Part shown: positions 20,901 to 28,100 of the stretch, piece by piece
Layout: every line of letters begins with the position of its first letter
How positions within the stretch are numbered: position 1 is the stretch's first letter
Source: Clostridia bacterium
GTDB taxonomy: Bacteria; Bacillota; Clostridia; Oscillospirales; Acutalibacteraceae
DNA: 64,000 nucleotides
Assembly (NCBI GenBank): GCA_017465505.1
Contig: JAFTWB010000002.1
Location: 263 to 64,262, forward strand
Direction of reading: 5' to 3'
Notes under the pieces: generated by a model
Database searches by the model: none
What the model saw: the letters and a program-made list of their open reading frames with translations, nothing else
Told to the model about the DNA's origin: nothing
Program-made: the position numbers and the translations under genes

Positions 20901-22793
20901 AGTTGCCTGACCCATTGCAGAAACAGCAGAAAAGCTTACAGTAAGCTCACTTCCTGCGTAAAAGCCGTAACCATAGGCAGACTTGTCGCACTTGGTGATT
21001 CCGCCTGCTTTGGGATTTGCCTTGAAGATGTACTTATAGCCGTCTTTTACAAAGGAAACCTCGCCGCCATTTTCTGAAACTTTAAAATCCGAAACTCCCT
21101 CTCCTTTGAGAATTTCAACAGGAACAACATCTCGTTTAAGAACCACATATTGCTGGCTGAAATGGTGGTCGTCCCATCCTGAGTCGTCATAAAGCATAAA
21201 GAAAAGGCTTTGGTTTTTGCCTTCGACTCCCACTGTATTGGGCATACGCTTGCCTGAATAAAGGAAATCGGAGTGCAGGGTGTTTGCAAGGTCAGAGGTG
21301 TTATAGGAGTCTTCGCTCAAAAACGAACCGCCGACTTTGTCTACGTTGCAATTGTTGTAATTTGCAATCACATAGGTGTTACGCTCTTTCATCCAGGCTA
21401 AATCAGAGTTTGAATTTAAAGAGCCCTTGGTGTATGAAAATTTCTTGGAATTAAAATGTGTTCCGTCGTTAACCATATAGCCTACAGCTGTGTTGGGATA
21501 ACCGTTTAACAGAACTCTGTGATTCTGGAAGCTGTAATAAACGTCGGAGAACTGGTTTAAATCATAGCTTTCTTTGCTGACAATCATAAGGTCCTGATTG
21601 CCGTCGTTGTATTGCTCGTCAAAAGCCCAGGGTTCACCATTGTTATAAATTGTCTGAAATTTATTCTGGTCAACGTAGAGGTAATCTGTCCAGTTCTGTG
21701 TTGACGCCGCTCTCATACCCTCTGCCGCAAAGGGCTTTACGTTTTCGCCGCTTAATGAGCCGATTGCTGCCGAAAGCATACTTGTGCGGTCAAAATTATC
21801 GTTGATATTGATTACAGAGTTGGAGCTGTCTGCAAGAGCTTCGCCTGTATTATTCTCAAGGTCAGCCTGAGAGTCAACCTGAGTAAGCTTCTGAGCTTCG
21901 TTTTCCAGCTTGTTTGTAAACTGAACGCTAATGCTGTCTTCGTCGGCAAGTACACAGCCCTTAAGGTCTTTTACAGTCACCGTAAAGTTTTTGGGTGCGG
22001 TAAACTTCTCATCGCTCTGAATAAAAGGAACCGTCACAACCTTTTCGCTTTCACCGGGGTAGAACATAAGCTCCTTTTCAACCTTCTCATAATCCACCCC
22101 TGCCTTGGCAGAGCCGTCAGCGGTAAAGATTGTAAGGCTGGAATATTCGCTGATACTTTTGCTTCTTGTAACAGTAACCTCTGCACCGCCCTTGGATTTG
22201 TCAAGAACAGTGTCAGAAACGGAGATTCTTATTTCGCCATCAATATATGGCTCATCGTCTGTAACGGTAATAAGAGCAGATGAAGAGGGCGACAAAACGC
22301 CTTTGTCTGCATTGGCAAGAGAAAACATAACAACCTGGTCACCTTTTCTCTCGTCGTCGTTGGTGATTCTGATTTTAGCGGTAGCTTTTTCCTGCTTGGG
22401 CTCAAAATGAATTTCACCCAAGCTGTCGGGATAAAGCTCTTCATCAGCAGAAATGCCTGTGAGGTAGTATGTAAGGGTATCTGACTGGTTGTTGCCGCCA
22501 AGGCGGTAAACATCCACACCCAGATAAACATCCTGTGGTTCTTCCTTATCCTCGCCGCCTTCATAAACACCGTAGGAGTCGTACTCTACAATGTAAAGGC
22601 CTTGGGGATATGCCTCTTCCCACTCCTCATTTGTGTAGTAGAAATCTTCAACATTGCTGTCCTCAGCATTTGTGTTCATTTCTGTGGAAAGAATCTTTGC
22701 CTGGTCATCGGTAGACGCAGCTACTGACAGGGTTGAGAAAATCATCAACACACAAAGTAGTAGCGAAATAAAGCTAAAAAATATTTTTTTCAT
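11934..22793 (-). CDS. Giant (3619 aa) surface-anchored protein with N-terminal Calx-beta domains, CBM-like and Ig-like repeats, and a C-terminal sortase-like signal
   Basis: Signal peptide; Calx-beta motifs (ITNDDERKGDQ, TADGSAKAGVDY...LMFYPGE); T/E-rich stalk; ILTG + hydrophobic helix + KKKREN. Confidence 0.8.
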   Translation of the reverse strand: MKKIFFSFISLLLCVLMIFSTLSVAASTDDQAKILSTEMNTNAEDSNVEDFYYTNEEWEEAYPQGLYIVEYDSYGVYEGGEDKEEPQDVYLGVDVYRLGGNNQSDTLTYYLTGISADEELYPDSLGEIHFEPKQEKATAKIRITNDDERKGDQVVMFSLANADKGVLSPSSSALITVTDDEPYIDGEIRISVSDTVLDKSKGGAEVTVTRSKSISEYSSLTIFTADGSAKAGVDYEKVEKELMFYPGESEKVVTVPFIQSDEKFTAPKNFTVTVKDLKGCVLADEDSISVQFTNKLENEAQKLTQVDSQADLENNTGEALADSSNSVININDNFDRTSMLSAAIGSLSGENVKPFAAEGMRAASTQNWTDYLYVDQNKFQTIYNNGEPWAFDEQYNDGNQDLMIVSKESYDLNQFSDVYYSFQNHRVLLNGYPNTAVGYMVNDGTHFNSKKFSYTKGSLNSNSDLAWMKERNTYVIANYNNCNVDKVGGSFLSEDSYNTSDLANTLHSDFLYSGKRMPNTVGVEGKNQSLFFMLYDDSGWDDHHFSQQYVVLKRDVVPVEILKGEGVSDFKVSENGGEVSFVKDGYKYIFKANPKAGGITKCDKSAYGYGFYAGSELTVSFSAVSAMGQATPVPEYVFFTDNSGVVHTSAKVDGSNFTFKLETILNDDRNALCSQYYMSSEEAEAHVSILKDEAKLISSRYSGSLNLDVRYSLKQSVDLFYKDVPTLTTKATLANGNRETDSEYESRVMNVLDGVLEFYLNGEEVTPQPVINRTNHSLQYPSTDFDFIRVTPSAMGVGAVVTSNLYDVDYTRIVASTDISEEICRQNSSRLQFNVLSEETTYVHPTLGLEAVSVSTKNDDEFLTEYIANHLDRTVPFESLYFNTSPDNSDISYYTVDFSISDIYVAGATDCAKKDFVVSVYNEDTTNETEKQLLFEYIFTGGRTVSKAEDVLVYNLNSEFTKYDNIETPQGVSTEVFKPFVKLMGLSNEGFKYRMYIPTFFCYQGSNNFSSYYPTVFDGKDGVCLEISEIAEGSSEELSKIKKGSLVAAMGANDMQYVAPQLPAFDTQSAAQEGETPYSDVQQEFCTYRENCLLLGSPNLAIDCTNITMFCAKIIRASVNASDYETERKRLIRCAGSGVSIKLGSDSINIIARLSYAPDKLTKPIAAVPYAFSDGSSVTNESVRALQGSANSKYLGITVGFSGEANLQLNYDTLSHRYVFSKIMFTGSATGSFSATIPTTIPMVFFGITTSLTGSIGTGYTQVLNYVDRNGVSHYQGLSTGAPMNIAVGVSGTVGVGFAGVLAIEGGISFDTALSVTWATSKFKPVQSEVDLAKTSSDPKLYKLNYSEGWEFDYQGASQPGGKEVVGYEKYRFGETLAKTTQAGQSCVITASATGIQLTGVASKLGAVMEVTVENSDTGEILDNSYINTYSEKTKYGATLYTYNMRDYLNCSPVNMKITIEHHVNSDEGRYLILDSIRITNPKNYNDSYDVIDFTSFYFKLALAVKLTLGPFKIGFDPAYMQFNVTKKNYSVTLGTLGYSYTWNYKRQSVRTLEEGKEQDIPLLTASSTNKASLTQPDYFTLGQYGSEKEIRLLAGDIDSTANVQSVYHNGKIYSFFAAITKSETGNCSYRIYCSVDGKEAKPVTESESYINEFCVFEDNQGRLYAQLIAADSTVSHLEIKENGAVTVHYTDTTAPLALEDTDDLGVLLNSMCVKLALFDEGTGTFLKENITVIPETESNSRLESIPAVAEGSKKAGVVFYVVDKKTDVNADYNINNDSRVEGIRDDIDKTKELYDTIYSGRSELRYAVLKDGVLSESAAVNANPTEAELKAGYKITEISAIMADDDNLCLSYKAELPYSVMCGQPGTLKEVYWQNGKLENDGSITFDKRVTVASVMDFDKSIADFEASLSDEFLTEEYYNPNSYEFYSEIILGHLDMKKANIRDLDASAGDTQTEPCLFYATNRSINYVTYDKIKQALSGDKAQVGVLYDEHFEDYVVAIAENGSVNLVYAKETDKYQDSLYYISYDSSENIWTKPVRLTYSDVFDENAFKDFEPTATLNFDSFDAFVNKRGEISVSVRSSYVPFIYKYSAEPTDAYGDTSVDAFANADYEYVDENGNLVQGIVYPTLDPSSESARSDVFSLTFKNPQTKIDVDSFCVVNPVFVKDETVDVSFDIVNAGDTSVKEMNIELVYYDLDTGTTNRIKYQEFTGMLLAGDRMSVNMVYDVADYVGGNLLLGVRITDGMDTLYHSYNDSYLKAQSDESFENITYHEISNSTEFAFSAVRADIDSEGIMTFAAEVESYGTLSPENEVMLYCKAYDGEADGEYLGTVFAYSIDPSKLEVGSIASVTNKTDVSSYLVDNKLYYSFELKAQDRQYTTDNDKTSISTGNVPPEISVNSSDFADEGLRLNGNAHSDTLTFNMRLGDEISLNTDVVSACADTSLLSVYEIGSDCLSISQNPADGNIRLKAISLPEDNSGVIKAIIHLRDTSVYKYLYIRIANREFVEFKETLVDKGWSITGQNHIYAVNYTLAQTTEQGSEINFKFYGDSLEIIGDKLTNGGDFEITLTDTSGKEVEKSVVSTKAELNDFGKVLYKGKIHGFGEYSVKIRAILEKGEKLSLDRADFSIDRSKADVTPYISVNSYKETLDAPLVNGRQRQASFTLTFSKDIALAEGKKLNDLTLKFTELKGDGKTFEPTGQEVTFTASEIKDNTLVFTAPLQSTPGYVMKYVLEDEQIPSGFIVDDNKNPTDTKIPDYDLVSYILKESGILSVSVCDDSQMSQGSVKKSVQVKFMSVPDTERLEGTKLLYKTLDHKGREKTVEFNYVGITNDPRVALYRADSLTLDENELEKTFSFESGIVLNSENYVLVTAQGDYLDNDITTIYEKSDLDITYVKAKAVSTDISVSVSDSAFRPSVYITFNEAVDLQGATNNAYITLRETTCKDDVESSRDLELFAESVLKDGKTLVFRTNITVNTSQADRVQYSVISDRIKYKYNNTFVVTSNEKISVNPFIGADEISFNTNAYIESITPYSDSSETLYAKAVFASELTEESLKNTYVTLKTNTEKYSSSAESFVTLGFESCEVLVNGDKKSTIAIYKSSEPSEATLEYNEISKTFTPSDVLGIKGTLTDVRGEECTPSVLTVSSLEISRVQAKGGEITLSENGDSGYHAELSLVFDENINVESKDGVFAALVMTEGNEERQLALYLDSAQQNVLRFRTETPFTLENGVVTTFKATERFSDSLSYVTTENGIGVSERISSVNELVIDNTSKGQVISTNVTLDKVDKENVKAVVSVKYNEIIRELSFEGATLEAFVNIINSDGTVSVVKKALEFEGLEDSNTAVFSAVVGVSSDVTEIWLTPTEEIVPLGTGRLYSENRTLTLSQKLNDINRFKAKRVTSSSIVMLPLVKGDINTLSNIAIVVSYPVEVITENIEGITLKVKAQGIENTEEVIFRAHKIYGDKHLVFYAENADELTLANVVTLSTENAVLELEKGSVIAAGASGIDVNRKVADISEAFAIKSENDLMIPTTSVATNPVETTATEEATVSTETTSPKITEATTVENTEVSAQLTSSEALEDTKVEGILTGQSRQLVIAAVSVMVMSAAVVIVLILKKKREN

Positions 22794-22805
22794 TTTACTA
22801 CCTCC

Positions 22806-23627
22806 TTAAAAATCAAAGGGGATATATTCATCCACATCTTCATCTGTAAAATCTTCCACATAAGATATGGTGGAAATAACTGTATATTTAAGCAGCTCAG
22901 AGTTGCTTGCCTTGTATTCTACAGTAAAGGTATAAGTCTGGCTGAGGATTTTATCCTCAAAAATGTTGTACTGAACATAGGCTGCCACAGGATTAAGGTC
23001 TGAGGGCTTGACCTCTTCCTCGGCAAGAGTGCTTATCTCCTGAGCGTAGGATTTAAGCAACTTGTCCTCAACAGAGTCAAGGCTGACTGTAACAGTGGCC
23101 GAGCTTATTTTTTCGTTCTGATTTTTTACAAGCTGCTCGTCTTTAACCTTTGAGGGTGAGTACCGATAAAGAGAAAAGCCGTCCAGAAGCTTTTTAAAAT
23201 CATTATAGCTTATATCGGCAGGCTGTTTTGAACCTGAGGTTACGTCGTAAACCTTGTTATCCTCAGAGTAAAATGTAGCGGTTGCCTTGCCGTTGAGCTC
23301 TTCATTATAGGAATAATAGCTCTCGGTGTTTACCTCAATTGCCACTGTGTCCATATTATCAAAGGACACAAAATGACCGGCGGTGGCGATATCCCTTGTA
23401 GCGTCACCAAAATTAACAATAGTACGTGTTTCATATTCTATGAAAAAGTCATCTAAGCTTTCGCTGTTGTCAATGGCCGAGTTCAACAAACGATACGCCT
23501 CGGTGTCCTTGGGTAAAAGCACAACAGTCAGAATAACCGCTGCAAGAACCAAGGAAAGTGCCGAGATTATACCTGCAATAAGCTTTTTCTTTGAAGGGAT
23601 TTTTTTCTGCTTTTTGGTTTCTTTCAA
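22806..23627 (-). CDS. Hypothetical protein with N-terminal membrane anchor
   Basis: TTG start with AGGAG RBS; basic N-terminus plus one TM helix; co-oriented and adjacent to the 3619-aa gene. Confidence 0.7.
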   Translation of the reverse strand: MKETKKQKKIPSKKKLIAGIISALSLVLAAVILTVVLLPKDTEAYRLLNSAIDNSESLDDFFIEYETRTIVNFGDATRDIATAGHFVSFDNMDTVAIEVNTESYYSYNEELNGKATATFYSEDNKVYDVTSGSKQPADISYNDFKKLLDGFSLYRYSPSKVKDEQLVKNQNEKISSATVTVSLDSVEDKLLKSYAQEISTLAEEEVKPSDLNPVAAYVQYNIFEDKILSQTYTFTVEYKASNSELLKYTVISTISYVEDFTDEDVDEYIPFDF

Positions 23628-23852
23628 GGCCTACACTCCTTTCAGCAGATACAATTATATAATATTATATCACAGTCTTCTCACTACCCCTGAAATTTGG
23701 GATAAAAACTGTATTTTAGGGATAAGTAAAAAGATACACTTTAACTAATAAATTATACTATAAAACTCACTTTGCTTCAACAATATGAAATATAACCCGC
23801 TTATTTTCTCTGTATGTCACAAAAGCACACATAAAATTTTCATAAATCAAAC

Positions 23853-23892
23853 AAAAAGCAGCTATCCTGAAAGCTCAGAACAGCTGCTTTTA
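23853..23892 (-). terminator. Intrinsic terminator after the 43-aa peptide gene
   Basis: AAAAGCAGCT...AGCTGCTTTT inverted repeat. Confidence 0.7.
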
Positions 23893-23900
23893 ATAAATAT

Positions 23901-24032
23901 TTACTTCTCCCAAAAGTTAGAAAACAAAACATACGCGTTCTCAATTTCAGCCTTATCGCCTGAAGCTGCAAGAACATCCTGTTTAGGGAAATTGATTACT
24001 TCAACCACAGGTGTTTCATATTTATTTTTCAC
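23901..24032 (-). CDS. 43-aa peptide missed by the ORF track (paralog of 4940-5101)
   Basis: AAGGAGGT RBS, GTG start, MKNKYETPVVEVINFPKQDVLAASGDKAEIENAYVLFSNFWEK*, followed by a terminator. Confidence 0.8.
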   Translation of the reverse strand: MKNKYETPVVEVINFPKQDVLAASGDKAEIENAYVLFSNFWEK

Positions 24033-24044
24033 TCTTATACCTCC

Positions 24045-24863
24045 TTAGGGTCTGACAACTACGTCATAATAGCCATCTTTGTCAATTGATGGTTTAGTAG
24101 GTTTTGGGGGATTTGTGGGAGCAGGTGTAGTGGGAACAGGAGTGGTTTCCACAGGCTTTGTGGGCTTACTTTCTACAGGGTCTGTCGCCACGGGCTTTGT
24201 GGGTTTACTCTCTACAGGGTCTGTCGCCACGGGCTTTGTGGGTTTAGTCTCCACAGGGTCTGTCACCACAGGCTTTGTGGGCTTGCTCTCTACAGGCTCT
24301 GTCACCACAGGCTTTGTGGGTTTACTCTGTGCAGGGTCTGTCGCCACGGGCTTTGTAGGTTTACTCTGTACAGGCTCTGTCGCCACGGGCTTTGTGGGCT
24401 TACTCTCCACAGGGTCTGTCACCACGGGCTTTGTAGGTTTACTCTGTGCAGGAGTTGTGACAGCCTCTGAACCTTCAAAGCTCGTAGTTTCTGTTTCACT
24501 TGTTGATGTTAACACATCAGTTGTCGCACTTTCATCAGTCGAGGACGGAGAAGTTTCCAAAGGCTTTGTGTCAACAGGCAAGAAGCTCACCAGTTTTGCC
24601 AGAAGCTTCTGGATAAGGGTGGCGTCCTTGACGTTGACCTTACCGTCAACATTTACATCAGAGAGAGTCTTTTCTTCGTCGCCAAATTCAATCAGCTTAG
24701 CGGCATATCGCTGAATATAGGTTGCGTCTTTAATATTCAGTTTGCCGTCTCGGTTGGCGTCGCCATAGCGAAATTCCTGTGCAAAAGCTCCGAAGATACC
24801 CACTGCGGAAATAAGCACAAGACAGGCAATAAGCATTGCCAATACTTTTTTCATATACATCAC
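24045..24863 (-). CDS. Secreted protein with N-terminal dockerin and a Pro/Thr/Lys repeat stalk
   Basis: Signal peptide (start may be ATG at 24854); GDANRDGKLNIKDAT and SDVNVDGKVNVKDAT loops; KPTKPVxTDPVES repeats; tail DKDGYYDVVVRP. Confidence 0.85.
   Translation of the reverse strand: MMYMKKVLAMLIACLVLISAVGIFGAFAQEFRYGDANRDGKLNIKDATYIQRYAAKLIEFGDEEKTLSDVNVDGKVNVKDATLIQKLLAKLVSFLPVDTKPLETSPSSTDESATTDVLTSTSETETTSFEGSEAVTTPAQSKPTKPVVTDPVESKPTKPVATEPVQSKPTKPVATDPAQSKPTKPVVTEPVESKPTKPVVTDPVETKPTKPVATDPVESKPTKPVATDPVESKPTKPVETTPVPTTPAPTNPPKPTKPSIDKDGYYDVVVRP
24152..24450. repeat. 39-bp coding tandem repeat (7 full units + 1 partial) encoding KPTKPV(A/V)T(D/E)PxxS
   Basis: Recurring GGCTTTGTGGG(T/C)TTACTCT...ACAGG(G/C)TCTGTC(G/A)CCAC units, in frame with the dockerin gene. 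Confidence 0.95.
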
Positions 24864-25183
24864 TCTAAATCAGAAAAATTTATAAAGGGCTCGGTGAAAG
24901 TTTCTGAGGCGGTGGTTTCATCTGCCTTCTCAGCAGAGGTTTCTGCCTGTGTGAAAGTTTCAAGGGCACCTGTGCTCTGTGTTATAATTTCGGAAGTTTC
25001 CGCTATTTTGGCAGAGGTTGTTTCAATTACATTTTCCGCAGTCTTATCCGTGCTTTCAGTGGTTGTGGTTTTTTGTGTGGTAACAGGCTGAGTTGGCTTA
25101 ACTTTCTCAGCACTGTTACATCCGAAAAAAACAAAAACACTCAAAAGCAAAAGACCTGATAAAACTATAATTCTGGCTTTCAT
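24860..25183 (-). CDS. Small Thr/Glu-rich lipoprotein
   Basis: MKARIIVLSGLLLLSVFVFFGC lipobox-like signal; low-complexity body; tail EPFINFSDLE. Confidence 0.7.
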   Translation of the reverse strand: MKARIIVLSGLLLLSVFVFFGCNSAEKVKPTQPVTTQKTTTTESTDKTAENVIETTSAKIAETSEIITQSTGALETFTQAETSAEKADETTASETFTEPFINFSDLE

Positions 25184-25184
25184 A

Positions 25185-28100
25185 TCAATCAATCGCAAAG
25201 CTCTCGGCTACCTTTGCAAAGCTTGCACTGCAACCGCCGAAGCTCTGGGTTCCTGTGTAGTTATTGTAGTAGGTTCTCAAAAGGTTGTTGGCGTCGGTAT
25301 AACGCAGATAAGCACGGGCGGTAATAGCGGTGTTGTGAGCTGCTTCAAGCTCTGCACCCTCAAGTCCGTCATAGGTAATAACGGCAGTATAGAAGCGATA
25401 TCCCTCAAAATTTCTGTGGTCGCTGTAACCGCTGCACCTGATACTCTGAACGTATTTGTAGTCGTTTCTTGTATCTGTACCGTTTACATTTTCGCCGTTA
25501 TACTGAATCTTATACTCAGCGTTGCCATTTGCAAATTCCTTGACTGTTTCTGTCTTTGCAAGAGCATAGCCGTATTCCGCTTTATTGGGATTTGTTACTG
25601 TTTTATTTTTGTCGGTAATTTCATTAAGCTGCTCATAAACATTTTCGCTGAGGATACTTACAAATCTGAGACCTGTGCTTTCCTCTCCGTAGTGATTTCC
25701 TGTGTCTTTTACAACATCACGAATCTGAACACCTGCAAGGTCGAACTCGGGGTATTTATCAAGACCGCCGTAAAGCTCTTTCTTGTCGTCTTTATCCTTG
25801 TCAACCTCATTTACATCTATCCAGTGTGCGTAGATGTTGGTGTGGTTTGTGTAGACATCATCCCAGCTTATGGGTGTACCGTCTGCAAGATACCAACCCT
25901 TGAAGATAAACTTATTGTTAAGTTCGTATTCAAGCTGAGGAATATCATAGAAAGACTTAACTTTACCCTCTTTTGTAAGTGTCAATACATCATCAGGGGT
26001 GTTCTCGTCGTTCTGATAATAAACACGGAAGGAAGTTTCGTCGATACCCTTTAAATTGGTGTAGAAGGTAACTGTAAAGAGCTCTTTCCATCTTGCATAG
26101 AGGGTAATATTCTCATGGGTATCTGCAGAAATTGTTGTCACTTTCTCTGCGTCTTCACCTTCACCGTCGTACCAACCGAGAAACTCATAACCCTCTCGCT
26201 GAGGCTCATAGTTAACATCGGTTTCATAGCTCCAGATATGGCTGGTTTCGTGAACTGCATTTTCATTAACAACGACAACGTGCTGATTATTCTCGTCTGT
26301 TGTTTTCAAAACCTTAGGAGTAACTGTAAACTTAAAATCAGTAATATAGTCCTTCTCACTTTCTGTAAAGCCCATATTAAAGATAACCTCGTATCTTTTG
26401 GGAGCTAAGGTAACAGTAAGGAGCTGAGTCTGATGTTCGGGGTTTGCGTCTGCTTTAGCACTGTAACGGGCAGCACCGTTGTAATAAACATAGAAAGGTG
26501 CTTTTACAGGGTCAAAAGCTTTTGTGATGGTTTCATTACCATTCTGATATTTATAGCCGTCAAGGCTTACACCATAATCGTAAAGAGTATGACCGTCGGG
26601 CATATACATCCACACGGGATAGGTCTTAACTTCACTTTTTCCATCTGCACCCACGTCTACATTATCACCTGTGTAAGTGTTGCCGTCATTCATCTGAGTA
26701 ATAACAGGCCAGTTCTGAGGTGTAACACCGCTTTTGCCGTCGTTGCCGTGGATAAGAATTTCTGTTGAAACAGGACGATATCCCTCGTTGATAGATGTCG
26801 CTAAAACCTGATAATGGAGATTAAAGTTCTCAGGTGAAAAACGCATAAATGCGTTTACGTCTGCAACCAAGGGCTCGTTTTCTCCAAACACTGCGGTAAA
26901 GGCGTTGGGGTCATTATACCCTTCTCTGTAATCTTTGATTTTTTCAGGGAGAAGGCTATCGGGTTCGTTCTGATAGGCTACGATATAGTTGGGATTCTGG
27001 ATAAGGATTCTGTACTGATGTCCGTCGTCGGGCACTTCAGTAAAGCAGTAATTGGCAGTACCCATTGGTTTTTCAGCGGAATCATTATAGGTAACATCAA
27101 CCTTAAGAGTTCTTATGGTTTCTGTGTAACTGTTGGGAAGAATCTTCTGAAGATTTACAGTAACTGCGTGAGTACGGGCTGCCTCGTAAATAATTGTGGG
27201 GTCATCAGGGTTTTCTTCGTCAAGATAATAATAACCTGCCACAGAAACAACGCCTTCAACTGTGAGAGGAGCTTTCCAGCTTGCATAAAGGGTGATATCA
27301 CTTTCAAGCTCTGCACCTGATACTACCTTTGTGCCGTTTTCAAGATACCAACCGTCAAACACATATCCCCCATCTTTTGTGGGTACATACTGAGTGAGGT
27401 CGGGTACTTTAATTTGCTTTGTTAGGGTGAAGTTTTCGGTTTCACCGTTAAGTGTGGCACCATCATCCTCAAAGGCAAATGTAACATTATGAGTCTTAAT
27501 GCTGATTTCAGCCACAAGCTCACCCTGCTGAACACCGCTTTCGTCAAAATATGCACCCAATAAATTGGTTTTTTCAATATCGGGACATACACCGCCAGCA
27601 GCAGAAATTTCTGCAAGGTAACGCTCACCCAGGCTCAGATACTGAACGTTTTTCTGATTTTCAACATCATAGGTTTCAAGAACTCTGCCGTTGGCAAGAA
27701 CATAGGAAACAACCTTGATTCTGTAGTAGAAAGGGTTACCTGAATTACTTCTCATCCATACAGGATAAGAACCTGTTGCCTCGGTTAGGTCATCGTTTAA
27801 ATAAAGAGTAACGAAGGTATCGTGGTGCTGGGTTATATGCTCCCAGGTATATGCCTCAACTTCATTTCGTTGGGAGGTATACCAGGAAAGAACCTTAACG
27901 TCTACTGCCACGGGCTTATACTCGGGATGTTCTTTAATAAGCTTTTTTGCGTCCTCATCAAGCTTTACTTTAAACTTAAGGTCGCCGTTTTTAGGCTCGT
28001 ACTGAAGCTTAACGTCAATAATAATTTTATCGTCTTTATCATCATCAACATCAACAGAGATAAGTTCATAACCCGACTTGATAACCTCAACGGAATAATC

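Noticed and set aside
23901-24032. Lasso-peptide biosynthetic cluster
   Set aside because: A YxxP-like motif is present, but there is no lasso cyclase, B protease or RRE gene in the window and no penultimate Thr before the putative core.
24152-24450. Possible CRISPR array
   Set aside because: Contiguous in-frame 39-bp units with no unique spacers; no cas genes.
24079-24714. 211-aa plus-strand ORF with TGFVGLLSTGSV repeats
   Set aside because: Antisense shadow of the dockerin/PT-repeat gene; no RBS or independent evidence.
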